From: an uncultured delta proteobacterium
GTDB lineage: Bacteria; Myxococcota_A; Polyangia; Haliangiales; Haliangiaceae
Assembly: GCA_963848295.1 (NCBI GenBank)
Contig: CAWKDB010000010.1
Span: 960,001 to 1,024,000, forward strand
Direction of reading: 5' to 3'
DNA: 64,000 nucleotides
Of the stretch, positions 17,288 to 25,685 are shown piece after piece (position 1 is the first letter of the stretch; each line of letters begins with the position of its first letter). Under the pieces are notes generated by a model. It worked only from the letters and a program-made list of their open reading frames with translations. It did not search any database and was not told the origin of the DNA. Position numbers and translations under genes: made by a program.

Positions 17288-18462
17288 AACAGGATCGCAC
17301 AGGCTGAGATCCTCGCCTATTGACGAAGGATCCCGAGAGGATCATCGTGCGGCGATCGTGGCTCGATCTCAACCAGGCAAGGCAATTCGTCGCTCGCGTC
17401 GCCGTGGCACGCAGCTCAAACAGCTCGACGATTTTATCGTCGAAGCGCAACTCAAGAACGACCTCGGCGAATGGCGTCGGGGCCGTGCTGTTCGTGCATA
17501 CATCGATGGACGAAAAGTCACGCACATCGCGGTCGACTTCGGCATCACACGCGGCTCCGTCAATCGCTGGCTCCAGTGGTACGACGTCGATCACGTTGAG
17601 GGGCTTCGGACTTCGATTGCCGAAGGCCCTGCGCCGAAGCTCACCGACGAGCAACGCGAGGCTCTGGGGATCATCATTGAACTGGGCCCGATGCAGGCAG
17701 GCTATCAGTCCGGTGTCTGGACCGGTCCGATGATCGGCGACCTGATCGAGGAGCGGTTCGGCGTTCGCTATCACAATCATCACGTGCCGAGGCTCCTGCA
17801 CCAACTCAAGTTCTCGGTCCAGCGGCCGCGTAAACGGCTGGCCCGAGCCGATCTTGCGCGGCAGGCCACGTGGCTGCGAGAGACCTTGCCGAAGATTAAA
17901 AAAAAGCGCGCCAGTGCCGCGGCGTCGTTGCCTTCGGCGACGAGGCCAGCTTCTGGCTCGACGGGACGCTCCACCAAACGTGGTCCCGAGTTGGCTGCCA
18001 GCCCCGCGTAGACACGTTCGGCATGCGCAAGACGGCGCACGTCTTCGGCGTCGTTACGCTCGAGCAACGACCACGGTTCCACTACAAGTTTGCGCCCGTC
18101 TTCAACGGACTCACGTTCTTCGACTTCCTCAAGCAGGTCGTTGCTCGAACCCGGCGCAAGATCTTCCTGATCATCGACAACGGTCCCTGCCACAATCTCA
18201 AGGAAGACGGAAAGCTGTGGCTAAAGGAGAACCGCCATCGCATCGAGCTGTTCCGACTGCCGCCCTATTCGCCCGAGTTCAATGCGATTGAAGGTGTCTG
18301 GAAAGTGACCAAGAAACGAACCACCCACAATCGCTTTTACAAGACCGTCGAAGAGCGCGACACGGCCCTCTGCGCAACCTTCGCGATGTTTCAGGAGGAC
18401 CCGAAGCTGATCGCGAATCACGTGGCCAGGTTCCTGTGATCCACAAGCCGTGCGATTCTGTT
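17288..18462 (+). mobile_element. IS630-family insertion sequence (1175 bp), TA target duplication
   Basis: TA at 17286-17287 and 18463-18464; terminal inverted repeats AACAGGATCGCAC / AACAGAATCGCAC (12/13 match). Confidence 0.93.
17358..18439 (+). CDS. IS630 transposase, expressed by a predicted -1 programmed frameshift
   Basis: OrfA is an HTH region (17358-18011). An A8G run at 17898-17906 shifts into the -1 frame carrying FGDEASF...IIDNGPCH...LPPYSPEFNAIE (DDE). Confidence 0.9.
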
Positions 18463-19011
18463 TAGAGTCGCCACCGCGACCGCCGCCGCCGCGCAAGCGC
18501 GCTACCAAGCGCTCGCTCGCGGCACGCGCGCGGAGACGATCGCCGAAGCCGCGGCGGTGCGGGACGGGGCTCGCGCCGAGCTCGAGACTGCGCAAGTGGA
18601 GCTCGACCAGACCGCGTTGCACGCACCTGTAGATGGCGTCGTGCTGCGCCGGCTCGCCGAGGTCGGCACGCTCGTCACGACATTGACTCCCGCGCCGGTG
18701 TTGTCGACCGCCGACGTATCGCAGCTCGAGCTCCGCGCCGAGCTCGACGAGACCGACATCGCCGCGATCGCGGTCGGCGCCAAGGCATACGCGACCGCCG
18801 ATGCGTTCGGGGACCGGAAGTTCCCGGTCGTCGTCACGCGGATCACCGGAGAGCTCGGGCGCAAGACCGTGCGCGACGACGACCCGCGCGCGCGCATCGA
18901 CACGCGCGTGCTCGAGGTGATCGCTCACATCGACGCTGGCGGTGTCTCGCTACCGCTCGGCCTGCGCATGTACCTGCACGTCGACCGCTAGACGGCCGAG
19001 CCTCAGCGTTG

Positions 19012-19932
19012 TTAACCGCGAAGGCGCGCGAGATAGCGCTCCGCCTCGTCGCGAAGGATCTCGCCGAGCATGCGGAACTCGCGCAGGCGTGCCGACGACG
19101 TCCGCCACGCGAGCGCGAGGGTGCGCCCCGGATGCGGCTTAGCAAATGGCACGAGCTCGACCGGCCCTTTCGTCGGCGCGAGCGCCGCGGCCGCCGCTTC
19201 AGGCAAGAGCGTCACGCCCATGCCGCCGGCGACCATCTGGATCAGCGTCGGCAGGCTGGTCGCGCGTACCTGCATCGACTCGATCGCGCCGCCGCGCGAA
19301 CACACCGCGAGCGCTTGGTCGCGCAGGCAGTGGCCGTCCTCGAGCAACAGCACGGTCTGGTCTTCGAGATCGCGCTCGCCGAGCTTCCCTCGCTTGCGGG
19401 TCAGCGCGGAGCCGCGCGGTGCCGCGAGCAGGAAGTCCTCGTGCGCGATCGTGAAAGTCGTGACATCGCCGGGGACCGGAATCGCGACGAGCGCCGCGTC
19501 GAGCTGTCCGGCATCGAGCTGCGCGAGCAGTCGCGCGGTTTGATCCTCGCGCAACACGAGCTCGAGCTCGGGGAACCGCTTGCGCACGGAGGGCAGCAGC
19601 GCGGGTAGCCAGTACGGCGCGACGGTGGGAATCACGCCGAGTCGCAGCGGACCGACGAGCGGCTCCGCTCGGCGGCGTGCGGCATCGCTGACTTCGTCGA
19701 TCGCGGTCAGCGCGGCTCGAGCTCGCGCGACGACCTCCTCGCCCGCCGGCGTGACCAACACCGACCGGCGGTCGCGCTCGAACACCTGCACGCCGAGGGT
19801 GCGCTCGGCGCCTTGGACTTGCACCGATAGCGCCGGCTGCGAGATACCGAGCTCGGTCGCCGCCCGACGGAAGCTATGGTGATCGGCGACGGCGACGAGG
19901 CTCTCGAGCTGACGCGTGGTCGGTCGCTCCAT
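19012..19932 (-). CDS. oxyR: Hydrogen peroxide-sensing LysR regulator OxyR
   Basis: LysR HTH; LLLEDGHCLRDQALAVC contains both redox cysteines; divergent from ahpC. Confidence 0.92.
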   Translation of the reverse strand: MERPTTRQLESLVAVADHHSFRRAATELGISQPALSVQVQGAERTLGVQVFERDRRSVLVTPAGEEVVARARAALTAIDEVSDAARRRAEPLVGPLRLGVIPTVAPYWLPALLPSVRKRFPELELVLREDQTARLLAQLDAGQLDAALVAIPVPGDVTTFTIAHEDFLLAAPRGSALTRKRGKLGERDLEDQTVLLLEDGHCLRDQALAVCSRGGAIESMQVRATSLPTLIQMVAGGMGVTLLPEAAAAALAPTKGPVELVPFAKPHPGRTLALAWRTSSARLREFRMLGEILRDEAERYLARLRG

Positions 19933-19980
19933 GATAGTACGTAGCTATCATAGCAATCACATATCGACAATTGTCCTATC
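19931..19980. promoter_or_regulatory. OxyR-type operator in the oxyR/ahpC intergenic region
   Basis: ATGATAG-N7-CTATCAT dyad (19931-19951) containing ATAG-N7-CTAT; further ATAG and CTAT tetramers at 19950 and 19976. Confidence 0.7.
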
Positions 19981-20019
19981 ACAAAAACGCCCCCATGGTG
20001 ACGTCGACAAGGAGATCAC

Positions 20020-20559
20020 ATGCTCACCATCGGAGATCAGTTCCCGTCATTCAGCGCCACCGCCGTCGTTAGCCGCGAGCGCGGCAAAGAGTTTGCCGAG
20101 CTCACCGAGGCCAGTCATCCCGGCAAGTGGAAGGTCGTGTTCTTCTGGCCAAAGGACTTCACGTTCGTGTGCCCGACCGAGATCGCCGCGTTCGGAAAGC
20201 TGAACCGCGACTTCGCCGATCGCGACGCGCAGGTCCTCGGCGTTTCGATCGACAGCGAGTTCGTCCACCTCGCATGGCGCAACAATCATCCGGATCTCGC
20301 GGAGCTGCCATTCCCGATGGTCGCGGACATCAAACGCGAGCTGTCGACCGCGCTCGGCGTGCTCGACAAGAGGGAAGGCGTGGCATCTCGTGCGACGTTC
20401 ATCGTCGACCCGCAGGGCGTGATCCGGTTCGTATCGGTCAACGATCTCAACGTCGGTCGCAACCCGGCCGAGGTCCTGCGCGTGCTTGACGCGCTGCAGA
20501 CCGACGAGCTGTGCCCGTGCAACTGGCAAAAGGGCCAAGACACGCTGAGCGCGGCGTAA
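20020..20559 (+). CDS. ahpC: Alkyl hydroperoxide reductase C (peroxiredoxin)
   Basis: FFWPKDFTFVCPTE and ELCPCNW; AAGGAG SD. Confidence 0.95.
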   Translation: MLTIGDQFPSFSATAVVSRERGKEFAELTEASHPGKWKVVFFWPKDFTFVCPTEIAAFGKLNRDFADRDAQVLGVSIDSEFVHLAWRNNHPDLAELPFPMVADIKRELSTALGVLDKREGVASRATFIVDPQGVIRFVSVNDLNVGRNPAEVLRVLDALQTDELCPCNWQKGQDTLSAA

Positions 20560-20568
20560 AGGCCCGCC

Positions 20569-21096
20569 ATGACGATCGAAGCGCTCAAACAACAATTGCC
20601 GGATCACGCCAAGGACCTGCGGATCAACCTCGGAGTCATCACGAGCTCGACCGCGCTGACACCGACGCAGGCCTGGACGATCGCGGTCGCGAGTGCGGTG
20701 ACGACCGGCAACCGCGACGTGATCGCCGCGGTCGAGGCCGACGCCGCGCCGCACCTCGACGCCACGGCATTGTCGGCCGCCCGTGGCGCCGCGGCGATCA
20801 TGGGCATGAACAACGTCTACTACCGGTTCGTCCATTTCATGGGCGACGTCGCCGAGTACGGCCAGATGCCGGCGCGCCTGCGCATGCAGATCATCGGCAA
20901 CCCAGGCGTGGCGAAGATCGAGTTCGAGCTCGCCTGCCTCGCCGCATCCGCGATCACCGGCTGCGAGCAATGCGTCCGGTCGCACGAGAAGTCGTTGCGC
21001 GACCTCGGCGGCACGCAGGACATGGTGCAGGATGCGGTGCGAATCGCCGCCGTTCTCAACGGCGCAGCGGTCGCTCTCAGCTCGCCGGCGCTCTGA
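20569..21096 (+). CDS. ahpD: Alkyl hydroperoxidase AhpD
   Basis: AKDLRINL, AAIMGMNNVYYRF, SAITGCEQCVRSHE. Confidence 0.93.
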   Translation: MTIEALKQQLPDHAKDLRINLGVITSSTALTPTQAWTIAVASAVTTGNRDVIAAVEADAAPHLDATALSAARGAAAIMGMNNVYYRFVHFMGDVAEYGQMPARLRMQIIGNPGVAKIEFELACLAASAITGCEQCVRSHEKSLRDLGGTQDMVQDAVRIAAVLNGAAVALSSPAL

Positions 21097-22003
21097 CCGT
21101 GCGGACGACCCACGCGATGAGCACGAGGCCGATCGCGACGGTCACGCCGAACATCCAGCCGCCGCTCGCTTCGTGACCGGCTTCGATCATCGCGAGCCGC
21201 GGCGCTTCACGCACGACGACCGCGGCGAATAGCGCGGCACCGCCGCCGGCGGTCGCGACGACGAGCGCCCGCTGACTCGGCTCGCGCGCGATCACCAGCC
21301 ACGCGCCGGTGTCGATGATCGCCGCAGCGGCGAGCACGCCGAACCACACCCGGCCATCGCCTGTCACCACGAAGCCGACGCGCCACAACCACAGCGCGCC
21401 GGCGATCGCGACGATCCGACCTGCCACCGCGAGCTTGGCGAGCACGCGCTGGTCCAAACCGTCCGAGGACCACGCGGCGATCGCGGCGAACTGCGTGGCC
21501 ATCGCGCCGACGATCACGACGAGCCGCGGCGCGATCGCGCCACCGGTGAAGACGCGCTCGCCCGCCGCGTAGAACGCGGTCCACGTCGCGTCCGCCGCCA
21601 TGAGCTCGTGGAGCTCGCTCCACGACCACGCGACGAACCCGAAGCACGCGAGCGCGGCACCCAGCGCGATCGTGCGCCAACGCAGCGACGCTTTCGCGAG
21701 ATACAACGCGTAGAACCCGACGACGAGTGCGGGTACGACCGCGAGCCAGCGCGGCCCCAGCAGTAGGTTCGCGGTGTAGAACCGCCGCTGGTAGAGCACC
21801 TGCGTGAACAACAGCGGCGCCACGCCGGCGGTGATCGCGCACCCGAGCATGAACGGCAGCCAGCTGCGTACGCGCCCCGCGAGCGGCGTCGCGCCCCGAA
21901 CGAGCGCGAACCCGGTGCCGACGACGACGTAGCTCGCGAATGCCGCGTGGATCGCCAGCGTGACGACGAACAGCGCGACCACGCCGTCGTCGAACGGCCA
22001 CAC
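21077..22003 (-). CDS. Polytopic membrane protein, probable CydA'-like partner of the upstream oxidase
   Basis: About 9 hydrophobic segments; His in the first helix (LAIHAAFASY) and ITAGVAPLLFTQ parallel the N-terminus of the 22510-23907 protein. Confidence 0.6.
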   Translation of the reverse strand: MWPFDDGVVALFVVTLAIHAAFASYVVVGTGFALVRGATPLAGRVRSWLPFMLGCAITAGVAPLLFTQVLYQRRFYTANLLLGPRWLAVVPALVVGFYALYLAKASLRWRTIALGAALACFGFVAWSWSELHELMAADATWTAFYAAGERVFTGGAIAPRLVVIVGAMATQFAAIAAWSSDGLDQRVLAKLAVAGRIVAIAGALWLWRVGFVVTGDGRVWFGVLAAAAIIDTGAWLVIAREPSQRALVVATAGGGAALFAAVVVREAPRLAMIEAGHEASGGWMFGVTVAIGLVLIAWVVRTVRAPAS

Positions 22004-22006
22004 GCG

Positions 22007-22513
22007 CTAGTGGCCCTTTTTGATCGGCCAGACCAGGTCGCCGACCGCGAGCGTCGCCCCCTCGAACTCGGCCGCCGCCTTCATCGCGTCGCCCGCCGAC
22101 ATGCCGCCGGCGATCATCTCGTTGATCTTTGCCTTCGACTCCGGGGTCATCCGGCGCGGTGGCGGGTGGGTCGTCACGTGCTCGATGACCTCGGCCGACA
22201 GCCAGCGACAGAACGCGTCGAGCGCCGCCTTGTCGCGACCGTCGACGACCCAATCATAGTGCGGCAACGCGCGCAACTCGCTCGGCTTGCCTGCGCCCTT
22301 CTGGTCGTGAATGAACAGCACGCTCGCGCGATCGGTCGAATCGGCGAACGACCACCAGATCTGAATGCCGCCGTCGCGCTCGCCCCCGTGCGGCTTGCCG
22401 AGGATCTCGCTCAGCGCGTTGTACGGTGAGCGCAGCTTCGCTTCCATCTTGAACACCGCGTCGGCGGCCTTGTCGGGTGCAGCGCGATAGCGGGATAGCG
22501 GTTTTTTCATCAT
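22007..22513 (-). CDS. Hypothetical soluble protein (168 aa)
   Basis: C-terminal part of ORF 22007..23455 from MMKKPLSRY; ATGA overlap with the upstream stop; host-like codon use. Confidence 0.65.
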   Translation of the reverse strand: MMKKPLSRYRAAPDKAADAVFKMEAKLRSPYNALSEILGKPHGGERDGGIQIWWSFADSTDRASVLFIHDQKGAGKPSELRALPHYDWVVDGRDKAALDAFCRWLSAEVIEHVTTHPPPRRMTPESKAKINEMIAGGMSAGDAMKAAAEFEGATLAVGDLVWPIKKGH

Positions 22514-23907
22514 GGGTCTCCGGTTCCGGCCTCGTCGAGCCAGCGCGCGATTCGCCCCAGCATCGCCGGATCTTCGCTCGACTGCCAGTGATCGGGCCGC
22601 CCAGCGGCCTCCCAACGCAAAAGTTGTACGAGCGCCTCGACGTCTGCCGCATTGCCCGCGAACGGCGGCATGAACGGCTTGGTGTGCTGCAGCTTCGCGA
22701 TGTTGAGCCGGATCTGATCGTCGGCCCACGGCCGGGCGAGCTCGACGAGGGCGTTGGCCCCGTTCAGCGTGTGGCAGGCGTCGCACAGTGCGCGCTCGAC
22801 CTTCGCGCCGCGGACGAGCTGTTCGGTCGGATAGTTCGCGGCGTCGCGCAACGGATACGGGTCGTCCGCGACGGCTCCGTGCTCCCGTAACCCGGCGACC
22901 TCGGAAGGCCGGATCGAATCGGAGTAGAGCGCGCCACGCACGGTGTACGGCTTGCGCGCACCCTCGCGCACGAACTCGCCGGCGCCGGTCGCGGCGAACG
23001 CGAGCGCGACGAGCAGCGTCGCCGTGGCGCCGCTGATATAGAGCCGCTTGACGACCAGGCCGACGATCGCGTAGGCCCCGATCAACAACGAAGCGCCGGC
23101 CGCGATCACGACGAACATCGACATCGCCGCGCTGCCTCCGAGCAGCCACGACCGGCTGTCGGCCGGGATCACGACGAAATACCACAACGCGAGCACCGGC
23201 ATCGCGGCCATCGGGACCATGAACCGCGCCGCTTGCCCGATCAGCACCGCGCGGCGCTCTCGCGACAGATCGAGCGTGTTGATCACGACGCAAGCCGCGA
23301 GCGATCCGAGCGCCATCGCGACCGCGGTGCGATACAGCAGCGACGGCCAGAAGCTGGCGTTGAAGAATCCGATCCATACCCCGCCGTCGGCGTGCGGCGT
23401 CCCCGGCGTCAGCTGCCAGCTCAAGATGCCGTTGATCCAGAACAGGCTCATCCACGCCGCTACGGCGTAGAGCGCGAGCAAGCGGATCCGCGCGCGATCA
23501 CCGAGCCGTTTGCCGACCCGCACGAACGCATAGCCGGCGACGACCTCGACCGAGAACCACACCCACTCGGTCGCCCACAACCAGTGGAACCGATCGATCA
23601 TCAGGCCGATCGTGCGCGCGCCCACCGCGATCGACACGAACCAGATCGCGACGCCGGTCAGCGCTCCGAGCACGAAGCTGAGGAGCACGAGCACCGAGAA
23701 GAACCCGTCGACGAACGCGCGCGCATCGGGCGAGCGACCGCGCTGGGCGAGCCGCTCGAAGTAGCACAGCAACAACCCGCCGCCGATCGCGAACTGCGCG
23801 AGGAACACGTGGACGATACCGACGCCGCCGATCACCATCCCCTTCATCGCCGGTCCGAAGTCGTTGACCGGATAGAACGGGATGACCGAGTCGAGCGGGC
23901 CTGCCAC
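22510..23907 (-). CDS. Cytochrome bd-superfamily subunit I (CydA-like) with C-terminal cytochrome c domain
   Basis: IVHVFLAQ, GALTGVAIWF, WATEWVWF, INGILSWQLTP, EFVREGARKPY; haem c motif CDACH with distal Met in FMPPF. Confidence 0.8.
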   Translation of the reverse strand: MAGPLDSVIPFYPVNDFGPAMKGMVIGGVGIVHVFLAQFAIGGGLLLCYFERLAQRGRSPDARAFVDGFFSVLVLLSFVLGALTGVAIWFVSIAVGARTIGLMIDRFHWLWATEWVWFSVEVVAGYAFVRVGKRLGDRARIRLLALYAVAAWMSLFWINGILSWQLTPGTPHADGGVWIGFFNASFWPSLLYRTAVAMALGSLAACVVINTLDLSRERRAVLIGQAARFMVPMAAMPVLALWYFVVIPADSRSWLLGGSAAMSMFVVIAAGASLLIGAYAIVGLVVKRLYISGATATLLVALAFAATGAGEFVREGARKPYTVRGALYSDSIRPSEVAGLREHGAVADDPYPLRDAANYPTEQLVRGAKVERALCDACHTLNGANALVELARPWADDQIRLNIAKLQHTKPFMPPFAGNAADVEALVQLLRWEAAGRPDHWQSSEDPAMLGRIARWLDEAGTGDP

Positions 23908-23919
23908 GCGCGTTCGATG

Positions 23920-25647
23920 CTACTTCGTCGCCGGCGGAGGCGTAACCGACGCGCGCGCTTTGTCGCAGATCACGGCGAGGCGTGCGGCATCGCTCGCCGG
24001 CCCGAGCGCCGCAGCCTCGCGAAACGCCACCGCCGCGCTCGCGTACGCGGCGGCCCCGCCCTTCGGTGCGAGGTACTCCTTGTAGAGCACGCCGAGGTCG
24101 TACGCGGCTTCGCTGCGCTGTGGATCGCGTCGCCGCGCCGCTTCGTACGCCGCGCGCGCTGCATCGAGCTGGCCGGCTTGGCGCGCGACGATGCCGCGCG
24201 CCACATCGAGCTCGTAGTCGTCGACCGCAGGCGCGATCGCCGCGAGCGTCGCCGCCGCCCGCGCGTCGTCCATGCCGTGGAGCTCGGCGAGCGCGAGATC
24301 GACTCGCGCGGCGGTCACCGTCGGTCGTGCGTTCACCGCGGCGTCGAATCGTCTGCGTGCGGCCGGCCACGAGCCGCGCCGTGCGGCGATCACCCCGGCG
24401 AGGACCTCGGTCGCCGCCGAGCGATCGCCGAGCGCCTCGAGCGTGTGGACCTCGAAGCTCGCCCGCGGCAACGCGCCGGCGGCGAGCGCTTGCAGTGCCG
24501 CGGCTTGGTGTTGAGCGGCCGCTGCGGTCGCGGTCGTGATCGGTTGGATCGGCGGTGCGAGCTCGTCGGGCGTCGGCACGAGCTCCCGGGTCCCGGCGAA
24601 CGCCGGGTCGAGTCGCGCCCGGCCCACGACACAGCGCTCGGTCCATTCGTCATCCCAACCGAGCTCGACGGCATGCTCGACGCACGCGCGGTACGCGTCG
24701 CGCGCCTTCTCGACGAGCCCGTCGCTCTGGGCGTCGATCGCGGCGCAATACGCATCCAAGAGGTCCCGGCCCTGCGACCGCAGCGTGGCGGGCAACGGCA
24801 CCGCGTTCAGCTCCGCGGCGAACTGCTCCCACACCTGCCCGGTGCGATACATCGGCGCGAGCACCGCGGCGTGGTCGATCGAATACGCCGCCGTGTACGC
24901 CTCGCTCAGGCTCGTGAAGCGCTTGATCCGGTCCTGCATCCAACGCCCGAGCGCCGCGGTGTCCTGCGCGTTCGGCGCTGGCACGGCGAGCGCAGCCTCG
25001 AGCTCGCGGTCCGCCGCGATCGTGCGAGCTCGAGCCGCCGCGTCTCGCACGAGGTCGTCGCTCACTTTCCCTTTCGCGGCGAGCGCGATCGCCGCCTCCG
25101 CCTGGTCGCGCGCCTCTGCGGCGAGCCTGGCATTGCGCTTGGCCGCGACGAGATGGAGCGCACTCGACGGGCAGGTCGTCGCCGGCGGCGGCGGCGCGGC
25201 AGGTCCGACGCACAGCCCGTCGACGAGCGGCACCGCGCACGACTGCTCGACGAGTGCGAGCGCGAGCCGGACGTGCGCTTGCGCGACGCGCCCGGGATCC
25301 GTCGCCGTGAAGCTCGCGAGGTAGCGGCGCAGGTGCGCGACGAGCGCAGCGACGCCGCGCCGTTCGTAAGCCGGCGTTGCCTCCCACAGGGCCGGCGCGG
25401 TCTCGGGTGCGCGCGGGAACCACGCCAGCGCGTGCTCGACGTCGGCGATCTGTTTGGCATCGTCGCCGAGCGCGGCGCGCAACACGATCGCTTGGCCGAG
25501 CGCGGCCGGGGCGTCGCGATTCGACCGGTCGTGCTCCGCGGTCCGCTCGAGCCGTGTCGCCTGGTCGGCGAGGAGGTCGGCGTCGGGATCGGCACTCGCC
25601 GCAGCAGCCATGGCCACCAGCGCGAACGCGACGCGAGCTATCCGCAC
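23920..25647 (-). CDS. Secreted TPR-repeat protein
   Basis: Signal peptide MRIARVAFALVAMAAAASA; TPR-like ARAAYEAARRRDPQRSEAAYDLGVLY. Start reassigned to GTG 25647. Confidence 0.7.
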   Translation of the reverse strand: MRIARVAFALVAMAAAASADPDADLLADQATRLERTAEHDRSNRDAPAALGQAIVLRAALGDDAKQIADVEHALAWFPRAPETAPALWEATPAYERRGVAALVAHLRRYLASFTATDPGRVAQAHVRLALALVEQSCAVPLVDGLCVGPAAPPPPATTCPSSALHLVAAKRNARLAAEARDQAEAAIALAAKGKVSDDLVRDAAARARTIAADRELEAALAVPAPNAQDTAALGRWMQDRIKRFTSLSEAYTAAYSIDHAAVLAPMYRTGQVWEQFAAELNAVPLPATLRSQGRDLLDAYCAAIDAQSDGLVEKARDAYRACVEHAVELGWDDEWTERCVVGRARLDPAFAGTRELVPTPDELAPPIQPITTATAAAAQHQAAALQALAAGALPRASFEVHTLEALGDRSAATEVLAGVIAARRGSWPAARRRFDAAVNARPTVTAARVDLALAELHGMDDARAAATLAAIAPAVDDYELDVARGIVARQAGQLDAARAAYEAARRRDPQRSEAAYDLGVLYKEYLAPKGGAAAYASAAVAFREAAALGPASDAARLAVICDKARASVTPPPATK

Positions 25648-25685
25648 CCACGTTCGACAACGCGGCGCGCGAGCGGTTGCGCAGA

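Larger units (their letters stand above)
16789..18991 (+). pseudogene. HlyD-family membrane-fusion/adaptor protein interrupted by IS630
   Basis: 5' part has the lipoyl half GRITEIDVDEGDVVKQGQVLARLD; 3' part has APVDGVVL...LELRAELDETDI. Removing the IS and one TA restores the frame (DDTAA-RVATATAAAAQARY). Confidence 0.9.
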
